Assembly: GCA_002189035.1 (NCBI GenBank)
Contig: NEEC01000012.1
Span: 2,852,001-2,916,000 of the forward strand
DNA: 64,000 bases
Source of the DNA: Utricularia gibba
Lineage: Eukaryota > Plantae > Magnoliophyta
Reading direction: 5' to 3'
Shown here one piece after another: positions 1-12,744 of this stretch (its first letter is position 1; each line of letters starts with the position of its first letter). The translations under genes and the position numbers were made by a program. Under the pieces are notes generated by a model. That model saw nothing but the letters and a program-made list of their open reading frames with translations, was not told where the DNA came from and did no database searches.

Positions 1-1460
1 GATCGTCTTTGAATGGATTAAACTACGTCACTCGGATCTTATTTGGATCAAACGCCATTTCAACTTGAAAAACGGGTACGAGACAAGATACTGATCTTTC
101 TTTCTCCTGTAAGTTGCTTCAGATGTCGTGTCCAGTCTCCTCTTCATTAAAAAGACTGTCTCTTTTGAGCGCAAATTTGAAACGTGCTTCACGTGGAAAA
201 ATGTTATTAAATATCCATAATATAATATTTTTTTTCACCAAAACATGATCATGATCTTAATGACGATTATTAATTTATGTCAAAACAGCTTTTTACATTC
301 AAATCAAACTTTTTTTCTACCAATGCGCTTTTTAAAAAAAATATTTACATTAAAAAAAACAAGCAACAACAAATTTACTAGGTTAAAAACTAATTTTTTT
401 CAGTTCACTAATACAATTGGAATCATTAAACTAGTGTTTTAGAAAATTTTTAAAATCTATTTCTATTTTTCAGAAGAAAAAATAGTTTTGTTCTAAAATA
501 ATTTTAATTATAAAAATAATTCTATCAAAAATACTTTTAAAATTATAACTATAAAAGTTATTTTTAGAAAAATAATTAGTTAATTAATTTTACTCTTTAT
601 TTCTATTTTTCAAAAATAATTTTAAAAAATAAAAACAGATTTCAAAAATTTTATAAATCATTGTTTAAACCTCTGAAAAAGTATTTTAAAAAGTGTATTT
701 GATATTAATTGATCAAAAACGTATTATTTTTTATTAACACGTATATTGTAGTATAAAAACATGGAATCATACCCGATTAATCAGTCTAATTAATCGAATC
801 TAAATACGGATTAACCACTTCAACTTGTTCGATAATAATCCCTTGAAGTATCAAAAATAGCCTCAACCTTCTCGCCTACCTTCCAATAATCGCATGTGGA
901 GATTTAATGATTTTTTTACAAGAAAAAAAATGGAAAACACAATCGTTGACCTACTTTGTTTTATCCGACGATTCTTGATACCTGCACATGGTATTTATTG
1001 TGTTGTCATCACCATGCAATAAATATCAAGACACGTGTCGCCGTTTCGCACGCCTGCATAGTAAAAGAACAGTAAACCCGCTGGCGTCACATATCATGTA
1101 CACATCACCATGTCGGGTTGTGCGGTCCAGGACCGGGTTGCTTGCGCCGCCGCCCGCACCGGATCCGCCCTCCCCTGGCGCGACACATGAACGTAACCTC
1201 TTTTGCCCTTGGTGGACATATCGACTAGCACCTAGACATGTTGCATTTTTCCTGAAAAAAATTAATATTTAGGATGACTATTTTTATTATATACATATAA
1301 CATATGATGAATATATTTTTTAAATCACCCTTTAGTCATCTACACACTTAACAATATAAAGACTTAATATGGAGAAATTAAAGTGAAATAATGAAATATA
1401 TGTAATAGATATAAATAATTCATAGCCAATTGAAGATAATTGTTTCTAATTAACTCTATT

Positions 1461-1945
1461 GTGGTAAAAAATCGGTATTAGGGCGGGAGCCGATTTTCGG
1501 GTTATGGGTATGGTTGGATGCGTCATACTTGATTTAGATTCACGTGTAGTGTGGGATGCGATATGATTAAAATAGATTGGAAAAGACATAATTTTTACGT
1601 GGAAACTATCGGAAAATGGAAAAAACTACGGAACTGTCCGAGTTCGTCGGAAAATGGTTTCCACTAGACGGAAGAGATGAGAAAATACAGGTTGGAGGGC
1701 TTGGAGCTCAATTCCTTTTTTCTTTGAGGTTTCTTATATTTATAAAAAAAGTTGATTTGACCGAATTCTCAATTCTGTAGATGTCAGCTGCTTTTTGCGT
1801 CTGTTGTACGTACTGTGGTCCTACTCTCAAATAACTGCCGATTATATTGTCATTGCCGTAATTCGGCTACTTTTCAGACTGTCTAAAACGACCGTCGCTG
1901 ACAAATTCTGACAGTTATAGATCACTGCGTTATTATGTTAGAACA
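1461..1945. mobile_element. possible degenerate solo-LTR fragment (Copia-like)
   Basis: TTTACGTGGAAAC...GGAAAAAACTACGG (~1594-1631) followed by TATTTATA resembles motifs seen in reverse-oriented Copia LTRs. TG/CA ends can be drawn, but no target-site duplication was found and there is no internal coding sequence. Confidence 0.25.
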
Positions 1946-2399
1946 ATTTTTGACTTCTTTGTTTTACCGATGATATTTCTATTGAAGATGCAATTTTATT
2001 AACCGATTTGATGGGTTAAAATCGGAACTAGTGATGATTTGGTTAAAGGTTCAATTTTTTCAAACTCAAGATCAATGCCCCTCTCCACTTGTGTTAGCAC
2101 TGTATACTTTTGTGTCTCCCAATTCACTACACTGGTAAGTGACAATTTTTAATGAGACTGTTGAAGGTGCAATAATCGCCCTACTCCATTGCTTTTGTAA
2201 ATTTCGGTGAAATTTCGGATTTTCTACACAATTTTCATTCGAATTGTAATTTTTTTTTATGAAGCCTATATTCTTTTCCGATGTGGGATAAGAATCAATC
2301 TTGTTATTCTGATCATCTAACTAAACTTGCTCTGGTTTAATCACTCTCGATTGCCATTCTTCTTCACTCGCCGACGTGCTTTTCCTACACATTCCCGGT

Positions 2400-3060
2400 A
2401 GCAGACGACGTTCTTGGGAGTCGCAATCTCTGTCAGAGTCTAGGGACTGGTAAATCAACTTGATGACAACACAGTCGATCCACGCTCCGGAGGCTTGAAT
2501 CCAAGTGGGCAGGTTGTGGGATATTTTTCACCCCGAATCCATTCTGTGGTCGTGATGCTACTCCACACGATCACCACATCACGGAAACGATTCTGGTGCA
2601 CCCACATCGGACTGCTGATCCCTGCGCCATCGTCAGCAGCCAGGCCAGCAGCCGGAGCCAGACCCACACATGCATGCCTCCATCACTGACTCAGTTGAGC
2701 TCCGGCGAGTAAACCCCAGGAATGCAATATAAAAACTCAGTGGATCATCGAGTTCAACATGTGTAATTTTAAAGTCAACGCTTCTGCAAATATCGGGCCA
2801 CCTTTAGAAGGAATGAGAGCATTGTTTTAGGACATAGCTTTGGTTTCCACAGACCCGTGTGCCCGATGTCGGCACATGGATCGGGTCTTCGAGATGATCA
2901 TATCGTGAAAAAGTTGTGATTTTGGGGTACATAGTCGAATGGAGAGGATGGAGAAGCCTGGTTTTACAGTAAAATTTGGTAATTCAGAATGAGTTAATGC
3001 ATTGGAGAAGAGTTTTCCTGGCAAAAGAGAGTCTATTACATGGTGAGCACATTGGTATAT
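2400..3060 (-). pseudogene. eroded PLS-class PPR gene relic
   Basis: One minus frame reads QLFHDM...HGSVETKAMS*NNALIPSKGG...MLNSMIH* (2740-2920). Downstream reads AGLAADD...RDVVIVWSSI. The order is colinear with the PLS consensus HGxVxKxG..NALIxMYSKCG..WNSMI and DVVIW. Contains stops and deletions. Confidence 0.4.
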
Positions 3061-3201
3061 TAATACTATTGCAGGCATGCAAGAGCAATAAAATAGTAGA
3101 AAATGGAGGTGTAGTTTGTATTTAGGGGAGAAACCCTACTCTGAAGTAGTATATAAACAACCCCATCACGGGCACAAGCTTCACAGCGGGCAGGTGAAAT
3201 C

Positions 3202-3920
3202 ATGGACAAGAAGGGTTCCTTCGAGAGGAAACTCAGCGAGCAGAAGCTGACGAAGAGCAACGAAGAGCGCAGAAGAAGCGTGGAAGCGAAGATGAGGCGT
3301 ACGGTTTCTGACAAATCGTTGTTTCCCGTCCCCAGCGCGAAGAAGCACAAGGAAACCGAGGCCATCGCGAAGAGCTGCAACAAGGTTTTGATTATAGTGG
3401 ACATTCTGGGGAGCACGGGACCCATCAAGTTTCTTGTCAATGGAGACGACGATGCCAGAGCCGTGATCGATAAAGCTCTTAAGCAATATGCTCGGGAGGG
3501 GAGGCTTCCTGTCCTCGGCTTCAACGGCGATGAGTTCGAGCTCTACACCTCCGATAATGGATTCAATGGTAAATCTCCCTCCCTCCCAACCCCAACATCC
3601 CACCTGTAAAGGAAATTGGCAGTTTCATCCCACCGAATTCATGCTTCATACGCTCATGATCGAGAGTTCATGTGACAGGATTTGCATCTATAAAACCATC
3701 GGAGAAAATCAGTTCATGTGGAGTGAGGAACTTCATGCTGTGCCCGAAGCCTAAGCAGCTGCAGCTGCAGGAAAACGTGACGGAGATGAAGATGAGGACC
3801 GGGATGGGAACGAAGATGGGGTCGATGAGGAGGACGCAGACGATGTATCTCGAAAACAAGAGCAAAAAGCTGCGGGCTTGGTTCCAAAAGTCGCTGACTT
3901 TCAAGATTCTGTCCCATTGA
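3202..3920 (+). CDS. uncharacterised plant protein, At4g22758/DUF7054-like; 2 exons, 202 aa
   Basis: Exons 3202-3568 and 3679-3920, GT-AG intron, in frame (609 nt). Motifs KVLIIVDILGSTGPIKFLV, ALKQYAREGRLPVLG and RNFMLCPK are typical of this family. Confidence 0.85.
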
Positions 3921-5794
3921 GAAGCAAATAACTCCAACCCTTTTGCACCAGAAAGGATGTGGATCTATACTTACAACTTACTAGTGCTACTGCACTGATT
4001 ACATCCATCTGTAATTTTCCACATAAAGGAAAGCACAAGTGAAGGAATGAATACCAAAGTAGCTGACTTCTGTCATCAGTTGAGTTGTTGCGCATACCTT
4101 CAACCCTCCCAAAACCCTTAAAATCCCACCCCCAGTGTCTTTCGGGTTACACGAATCCCGTATCACATGAAAGCGCGCTGTAATTGTCGAGAGATGGGCT
4201 CACGCAGATCGTGAATCACATAATTCCAACACCCAGCAGCGCAGCCCCCAATCCTCCCAGAAAGTAGGGGCAGATTAGGAAAGGGGAGCAGCAGACTGCA
4301 CCAGTAAGCCCCTGCAAGTCCTCGGAAAGAGGAGGGGCAGCAGCAGTAGGTGAGGGTCCGGCCTCCCCCGAGCTCTTGTCGGAATCCACCATCCGCTTTT
4401 GTCGGCGTGGCTCGGAACTGGGACTCGGCCACTGCGCCCCTTTCCTTTCGTCATCCTGAAATGATCGTGGCCGTTCACACCCATCGCTCCCACATCGCAT
4501 ATTTGACTTGGGTCGTTTCAAAGGACGGAAATGCCCCTAGCCCCAAGACATCAACATCGGCTGATCACTGTCGCCCCGGCGGCCGCAGCCTCCCTTTTAC
4601 TATTTATGTTAATTAACACGAGTCTAATATTTTCATTATCTTAAAGTCAAATAATATAATTTATCATAAAATAATCCAATCACCAACTTTAACACTTCAT
4701 GACTCTAGACTTATATAACAAGACAGTTCTATTTTTTAATATTTATTTTAAATAATGTAAAATATATTCAATTTTAATAATTTATTAATAAATTTAATTT
4801 TCAAATAATAAAATTCTTACATGTGATAATATAAAATTATATCATATATTGTAATATATATTAAATTATATTTTATAAAATTTGATATATTAAATCATTA
4901 TATATTATAATATAGTTTAAAAATATATAGAAATTAAGGAGTATAATTTCTTTAATTAATATATTATTTTATCATTGTTTCCATTCAATATATTTAATAC
5001 TGTATTATCACAAAATTTTTAATTTTATCATAAAATAAAATAAAGTTAGAATTTATAAAATTGAACATAATCCATTTAAAGAATTTAGTTAAAATGTTGT
5101 GTAGTAATTGTTGAAATTAAGTATCCAATGAATATTATGAGCATATCAAGGATAAGTATATAATAAATATAAATTATATTAAAAAAATAATTTTAATTAA
5201 TTATTAGTGATTTTTATTTTCTTAAATAGCTGAAGTATCAATTTTAGATTATTTATTCTAATATCTACTTTTCAAGTTAATCTGATATTTGATCGAGTTA
5301 ACATTTTTTTTTTGTGATTGTAAATAGTTTTTAGATCATATATCGATTGAATTTTTTTTATTTAAATTTAATACATATTCTTTTTTTTTAACCATTAGTA
5401 ATTATTTTTTTCAAAAATATCGAAAACCCAAAATTTTGACAAAATTTTAAAAAAGTGATCGAAAGATCAAGAGTTAGAACTGTCGTTCAACAAGCTTCAA
5501 CTACATTCCAATCGAATTAGAATTTGGATAGGGTTGTGGGGTACAAAAATGCATCTGAAATTGTTTTATTAAATAATGTATTTAATTACAAGGGACAAAT
5601 CCTAAAGACAAGCTTCTGAAGGTCTTAAATGTTTGTGTTGTAAGATCCTGGGCCCCTGGTGCAATAAATGCGATGCTGGAGGACTGAGATGCAAATTTGG
5701 ACATATTTTCAGTTCCCACTTACGACGTCTGTGTACTTCAAAAGCCGCAGAGGGTGCAGAACCCGCCCCCACCGGGAATCTGGTATCACGGAAA

Positions 5795-8700
5795 ATGCGT
5801 TTCCTCCTTTGGCTCTTATGCTTCCTTCTCGGTCTCCTCCGTCCTTCCTCCGTCGCCGCAGCGAGGACGCCGTGGATGACGGAGGACCATGCTCTGCTTT
5901 CACTCAAGGCCGCCGTTACAGATGACCCGCATTCTGCGCTTGCCTCGTGGAACTCGAGCGCTAGCCATTGCTTGTGGAGAGGCGTGACTTGCGACCCTTC
6001 TAATCGTCACGTGACGGCGGTGGATATCTCGAATCTCAGCCTTACTGGAGTCCTTTCGCCGGAGGTGGGTCATCTCCGGTTCCTCGTTAATTTTTCAGCG
6101 GCTGCTAACGCCCTTTCCGGCCCGATTCCGGGCAAATCTCCCTCATCTCCAGCCTCAGATATCTCAATCTTTCCAACAATGTATTCAATGGTAGTTTCCC
6201 CAAGGAGCTCTGCCGTCTCCAGAATCTGCAGGTTCTCGACTTGTACAACAATAATATGACTGGGGATTTTCCTTCCGAAGTTTATATGCTTTCAAATCTC
6301 CGCCATTTGCATCTTGGGGTAATTTTTTCACCGGTGTGATATCGCCTGAGTTTGGCTCCTTTCCCCACCTTGAGTATTTGGCAGTTTCCGGCAACGAGCT
6401 TACCGGAGTCATTCCACCGGAAATTGGAAACCTAACCCAGCTCAAGGAGCTCTACATTGGCTACTACAACACATTTTCCGGTACTTTACCCAAGGAAATC
6501 GGGAATTTGTCGAACTTAGTTCGTTTGGACGCAGCTAATTGCGGACTCTCCGGCGAGATTCCGGACGAGATCGGAAATTTACAGAATCTAGACACCCTTT
6601 TACTCCAGGTGAACGGATTTTCTGGTGGGTTAATACCCGCGTTAGGGAACTTGAAGGCCCTGAAATACATGGATCTTTCCAACAATGTGCTCTCTGGGGG
6701 AATCCCGTCTTCATTTGCCCAGCTTAAGAACCTAACTCTCTTGAATCTCTTCAGGAACAAGCTTACAAGTTCCATACCAGAGTTCATTGGTAGGTTGCCT
6801 GCGTTGCAGGTATTGCAGTTGTGGGAAAACAACTTCACCGGGACTATCCCTCAGAACTTAGGTGGCAACGGTAACCTGCGCGAATTGGATTTGAGTTCCA
6901 ACAAGCTGACTGGTACTTTACCCCAAAATCTCTGCCATGGTAATCGGCTTCACACACTGATCACTCTAGGAAACTTCCTCTTTGGCCCAATCCCTGAAGC
7001 GCTGGGTAAATGCGGATCACTGAGCAGAATCAGGATGGGCGAAAACTACCTCAATGGATCTATTCCCAACGGGTTGTTAAGCTTGCCAATGCTTACTCAA
7101 GTTGAGCTACAAGACAATCTGCTCTCCGGTTCCTTCCCTGAAACTCACGCTATATCTCAGAATCTTGGCCAAATTAGTCTCTCTAATAACCGTCTAGCCG
7201 GTCCCCTGCCACCCAGTATCGGAAATTTCATTGCCGTTCAGAAGCTTTTGCTGGATGGAAACAAGTTTTCCGGAGGAATTCCGGCTGAAATAGGGAAGTT
7301 ACAACAGTTGTCGAAGTTGGATTTCAGTCATAATGAGTTTTCAGGCCCTGTTCCGTCAGAGATCAGTCAGTGTAAGCTGTTGACATTTGTGGATATTAGC
7401 AGGAATCAGCTTTCTGGTAAAGTTCCACCGGAGATAAGTGCTATGAGGATTCTTAACTACTTGAATCTTTCAAGAAACCATTTGGAGGGTGACATCCCTT
7501 CTTCCATCTCTAGCATGCAGAGTTTAACTTCTGTTGATTTTTCTTACAATAATTTCTCTGGTTTGGTTCCTGGAACTGGTCAATTCAGCTACTTTAATTA
7601 CACTTCCTTTCTGGGCAATCCCAATCTCTGCGGCCCTTACTTGGGTCCCTGCAAAGAAGGCATTGTAAATGGCGTCCAAAGGCCGCATGAAAAGGTCACT
7701 TTTACTCCATCCATGAAGCTGTTTCTGGTTATAGGTTTGCTGATTTGCTCCATTGTGTTTGCCGTGGCTGCAATTCTCAAAGCACGTTCGATGAAGAAAG
7801 CTACCGAAGCTCGTTCATGGAAGCTCACAGCTTTTCAGAGACTGGATTTCACCTGTGCCGATGTTCTAGATTGTCTTAAAGAAGACAACATTATAGGAAA
7901 AGGAGGAGCCGGTATCGTGTACAAAGGGGTCATGCCCGGCGGCGAAATGGTGGCTGTTAAGAGGTTACCGGCGATGAGCAGAGGCTCATCTCATGATCAT
8001 GGCTTCAATGCTGAAATACAGACTCTTGGAAGAATCAGACACAGGCATATTGTCAGACTTCTTGGTTTCTGTTCGAATCATGAAACTAATCTTCTGGTCT
8101 ACGAATACATGCCCAATGGGAGCTTGGGCGAAATGCTCCATGGCAAGAAAGGTGGGCATTTGCACTGGGATACAAGGTACAAAATTGCAGTTGAAGCAGC
8201 TAAGGGACTCTGCTATCTCCACCACGATTGCTCGCCATTGATCCTTCATCGTGATGTCAAATCCAACAATATCCTCTTGGATTCCTCCCTCGAAGCTCAT
8301 GTTGCTGATTTTGGACTAGCCAAGTTCCTCCAGGATTCCGGAACCTCCGAGTGTATGTCTGCCATTGCTGGCTCCTATGGCTACATTGCTCCAGGTACAG
8401 TGCATCATCGATCTCTTGTTATCATCTTTCTCAATGTTGAGTGACTACTGAACCCCTGAGGCAAACATTGCATTCCAGAGTACGCTTACACGCTCAAGGT
8501 TGATGAGAAGAGTGATGTATACAGCTTTGGCGTCGTTCTTCTTGAGCTGGTAACCGGCCGGAAACCGGTCGGTGAATTCGGTGATGGTGTGGACATCGTG
8601 CATTGGGTGAGGAAAATGTGTGGCGGCAACAAAGATGAAGTAGTAAAAGTTCTTGATCCCCGACTCACCGGTATCCCCATCATGGAGGCGACTCATGTTT

Positions 8701-8900
8701 TCTCTGTCGCAATGCTGTGTGTGGAAGAGCAAGCCGTGCAGCGGCCGACAATGCGAGAGGTCGTCCAGATTCTCAGCGACCCACCGGAATCCCCTGCGGC
8801 CCCGCCCAAGTCACACTCACCCCCTCCTGAGCCATCTTCTACCTGTGCATCTGTAGACCAAAACAAGTCATCTCCACCGCCAGACCTTCTCAGCATCTAG
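5795..8900 (+). CDS. BAM1: BAM1/BAM2-like LRR receptor kinase (CLAVATA1 family), with two apparent 1-nt frameshifts
   Basis: Signal peptide [17 protein letters not shown], many LRRs, [33 protein letters not shown], kinase [30 protein letters not shown]. Single intron 8395-8478 at the conserved AP|E position. Frame breaks at 6130-6132 and 6316-6319. Confidence 0.93.
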
Positions 8901-9433
8901 AGAAGAGCACTGGGCCCAAGAGCTGTTTGCTTTCTCTGTTGAATTAAATGCGTTTGTGACTTTCTGATATGAAGTTATGGTTCTGTTTACTCTGCACAGA
9001 CAGCAGTACAGAACGCCGGTGAGGTTTCAGCCTGCATGGGGGGGGGAGGCCATTAGTGGGGGTGTATTGCAAAGTGTGAATCCAGTTACCAAGAAAGTGT
9101 GATTCTTAATGCATCTTTATCTCTTTTTCCTCGTCTTTTAGCAAGCCTGTGACCATGGGAATGAGAAGTAAATGCAGATCAGTGATGGCGAGTTCATTTA
9201 AAGCCATTACTGGAGGATGATGTGAGCTCACTTTACAGTAGAATCTGCTGAATTCAACTCGAGATCCCATCAGCCAAAACATTTTCCACCTTCCCAGTTG
9301 TGATCATTCTTCTTTATACGTACTTTAGATGCAGGAACAAACGGCAGCATAACCAGGCGGCGCCGCCGCAGTAGAAGCGTTGGGACTGATCTGTGGGTTG
9401 GCTGTGGATGGTGGATGATCTGAAACATGATAT

Positions 9434-9485
9434 TGGGCCATATGTAATGAGCTTTTTGGGCCGGCTAAATGGGTTTTATTGGGCC
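9434..9485 (+). promoter_or_regulatory. site II (TGGGCY, TCP-binding) cluster of the COX6A promoter
   Basis: TGGGCC at 9434, 9457 and 9480, within 130 bp of the COX6A ATG. Site II clusters are established in plant nuclear respiratory-chain genes. Confidence 0.7.
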
Positions 9486-9563
9486 TTGTTTACAAGCAAT
9501 TCGTCTTTTTTTTTTAATATGCTAAGGGAAGAAAGAAGACAATAGGAGACGTCAGACGAGAAA

Positions 9564-10689
9564 ATGGCGACGGCGATATGGAGATCTGGCTTCCGCAGCG
9601 CCCTCCGTGGTGGCGCGTCTGCTGCGCGTGGTTCTCCGGCAATAAAGCGTTTCTTCTCATCGTCAGCCTCTGCCCATGAGGAGGCCGGTAAGATCCATTA
9701 CTCGCCATTGTTTGAGCGGGTCAAACCCCTCTTGATTCCCATTATTTGAATAATATGATTGTTGATTTCTTTTTTAATTGGACGGTCTTTACGAGTCGGT
9801 TTCCTTGATTGTTCTTTTTCTGATCCTTCTGATTTCCGTTGTGTCTGTGTGGGTGTAGCGGAGGCTGCGAAGTGGGAGAAGATAACCTATGCTGGAATAG
9901 TTGCGTGTACGGCTCTCGCGGGTTACAATTTATCAAAGGGTCACCCTCACCACGATGAACCTCCGGTAAGAATCTGCCTTTTGAGCTGATTTAGGTGAAT
10001 GTATTTTGCGCTAGGATGCTGGGATTCTTGGAAGCTGTTATTCGATATAATCAGCTGCGTTGAATGAACCTTAATTCTATGCACAGGCATACACCTACTT
10101 GCACATCCGAAATAAGGAATTCCCATGGGGTAAGTTTCTCCGGATACAAACTAATCGCCTGTTTCCCTTTCAAGTTTTTTCCCGTTTCTTGTAACTTTTA
10201 GTCTGCTGCATTACATATCCATTTTTCGTTCAAATTCAGACCTTTGGCTGATGGTGTCTATGTTTATAACTCTTCAGCCTGTTTGGTTCTGGAATTGATA
10301 GAATGCACCCTTTTTGGGTGAGGATGTGTTAAAAATTTTTTAGTAAACGTCCTCAGTCGTTTATTCAGGCTGCCTCAAACCGGATCTTTCATTCGTTACT
10401 TGAAGATGCCTTTCCTTCTTTCTTTCGGATTGAAACGAGCTGGCCTTTGCATTCCTTGTTTGAAGATGCTTGTCATTCTATCATTCTGATTGAAACGAGC
10501 TTGTTCGTTGCCAACTTATGTTCAAGTTGGTTGCCGCGATGCAAATCGTCGTTCATGCTTTTATGATTTTGAGTTGAATTCTGGTAGTCTTTAATTGCAC
10601 TTTAGGACTTCTGTTTTCACCTCTTTATCTTCTTCTATCACTTAATTGTAGGTCCTGATGGCCTTTTTGAGGTAAAAGATCATCACTGA
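9564..10689 (+). CDS. COX6A: cytochrome c oxidase subunit 6a, mitochondrial; 4 exons, 103 aa
   Basis: Exons 9564-9687, 9859-9965, 10087-10129 and 10652-10689 (312 nt, all GT-AG). Transit peptide, then AKWEKITY...GHPHHDEPPAYTYLHIRNKEFPWGPDGLFE. Confidence 0.95.
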
Positions 10690-10719
10690 TCCATCTAGCT
10701 TGCAACCGAAGGGGTCAAT

Positions 10720-11750
10720 GAATAACTGCTCATCTGAAAATCACCTGGAATTCCGTCCAGTATGTCATTGTTGGTGATACTTGATACGATGAGTATTGTT
10801 TGTGGAATGCTTGTGATGTCTCATTCCCTACTTCAGTGCACTCTCTGCTCAATGGAAGTGTGTTGGATCACTCTTCATGCTTGATGGTTCATTTCAGATC
10901 TACTTGAAACCTGATAATTGCATCTCCAACGAATGTAACCAACCATGCTACATGAAAAGCTTATTCACATTGGCTTTTTCCGAAAAGCGTGTGCAGTTTT
11001 TGTCTTCATCAGGGTCTATAGACAAGCAACCCCTCATCTGCAACCCCCATGGGGAATCAGAGAATCCCATAAAAAGACTGCACCTTTAGTGGATTCGCAC
11101 TTTGTCCTTGCACTTGCATTAGGAAGAAGTGAGCCTTTGGACTGCACACCACTTGGAAACTACTACATTTCTCCAACAGATTCCCATTGGTTCCAATAAC
11201 AGACCAAACATACGCTTGTATGAAAACAGATGAACTTGTTGTCCATAAACCATCTTTGAATCTAGTGTTGCATGCATCCCCAAACTTCCAACACAAAATC
11301 CAGATGCAGAAGACAGGATTTTGACATGATTCAAAGTTGTAAGTTCACCAATGACATGTCCCATCACCTGATTTTAACCTGAGAGTTGGAAATCTCATTG
11401 ACCTCGCTCTCCTGCATCCATTTTCTTTTTACCCCTTTTGAGACTTTTCTTCTTGTTGTCTCAGGCACCTCTCTGTGCCGATTACTTGTTTACCCAGTTG
11501 GTAAACAACAATAAAAATCCAATCTTTATCCTGGAAATGTCGCCCCCAATTACGACCCGTTTGTATTCGTTTTTCGCTTCGTGTTGCAGCGTTAAGGTGT
11601 TTGTGCCGCGAGTAAAGGAAAGCAGGAAGAAGACGAAGGGAATGGTGTATGAAATGGGTTTGTGTGATATGAAATGGTGACGTGATAAAGCTGAACAAAT
11701 CGGTTTGCGGTGGCTGGCAAAGAATGGAGATGACGACAGTTCACTGTAGA
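10720..11750 (-). pseudogene. eroded PLS-class PPR gene relic
   Basis: Minus-strand fragments in PPR order: KPISYTIPFV, LGKQVIG, VKILSSASG, GQQVH (11230-11244), RNVVVS.W, SCS-(H)G (10942-10955, 1-nt loss), then E-like ILIVSSI/WTE. Multiple frameshifts. Confidence 0.4.
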
Positions 11751-12267
11751 CAGAGGCGCGTAGGAGATGATACACTCCTGAAGAGCTACACGATTAAAGC
11801 TCCCTCTCTCCTTCTTTCTTTCTCTGGGTTCTCCTTTTGAGAAGTCCAAGAAACTGTTCCTCTGCCACACCTGCGTTACATTGCATTGCTGCATCGCAGT
11901 TTCCTTCCAAGTCAAGGAAACCGCCACCTTCTCTTGTGCAGATTTTGGGGGATTGATTGATTGAATGATCGTTGAATCAACACCTGCTGCTAAAGATCTT
12001 TTCAATCCTTCATTCATTCATTTGGAATGATCCGAAATGGAAGATATCTGATTAGTTGCGTGAAAGCGGGACTTGGGAAATCAGAAAGGTCTGCAGAAAA
12101 ATCCCTGGACGCAGAGGCCATCATTGCCTTCTCTATCCGTGTTTTGGGAAAGGGAGGAGGAGCGTTTAATGCAAATTCTAACAAAGATTCAATCAGCCCA
12201 GATGCCCAAAACACACTACTAACAGTTGCCCGCAGCAGCAGCGGCGGCGGCAGGAGGAGTTTCTTCT

Positions 12268-12744
12268 TCATGGGTTGAAAATGAGGTTGCCGCATTTGCA
12301 TTTCCAGCGCATTGGCTTGTAGTTCCAAGTACCGTCGCCTCCTCTGGCGTAGTTGATTGTTACCGGCACTGGGGAATCGCTTTTGATTTGCGGGCTCGTC
12401 GGAACTTGAATCGCCTCGCAGCGGCCGCAGGAGAAGCACCGCCCCTCGCACCGCGGCGGCCGGGATCCTATCTGCGACCTCAGGATCATCGCTCTCGTTT
12501 TCTTCCATTCCCCAACAGATTGCTGTTCTGGTTGCTGGAGGAGGATTCTTCCTGAAACAAAAAAACACCACAAGATTACATTTTAACCCAACCCACAACA
12601 CGAAACATAGAAAGAAACACAACACAGGGGAGGCAGGGAATGAACACCAGAACAGTTACCTTGCGCACCACCAAGGTATCCTGCAACAACAAGCAGCGAA
12701 ATCGCAAGATTTCCAAGCTTCAAGCGGTTATGAGTGCAACCCAT
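12268..12744 (-). CDS. EPFL2: EPIDERMAL PATTERNING FACTOR-like peptide precursor (EPFL2-like); 2 exons, 122 aa
   Basis: Exons 12744-12660 (signal peptide) and 12551-12268 (369 nt total). GSRPPRCEGRCFSCGRCEAIQVP...YKPMRWKCKCGNLIFNP matches the EPFL Cys pattern. Confidence 0.93.

Noticed and set aside
2279-2290. Perfect snRNA upstream sequence element (ATCCCACATCGG, minus strand); similar words at ~2598 and ~4489
   Set aside because: No TATA at Pol II or Pol III spacing, and the downstream sequence matches no U snRNA, U3, 7SL or telomerase RNA I know.
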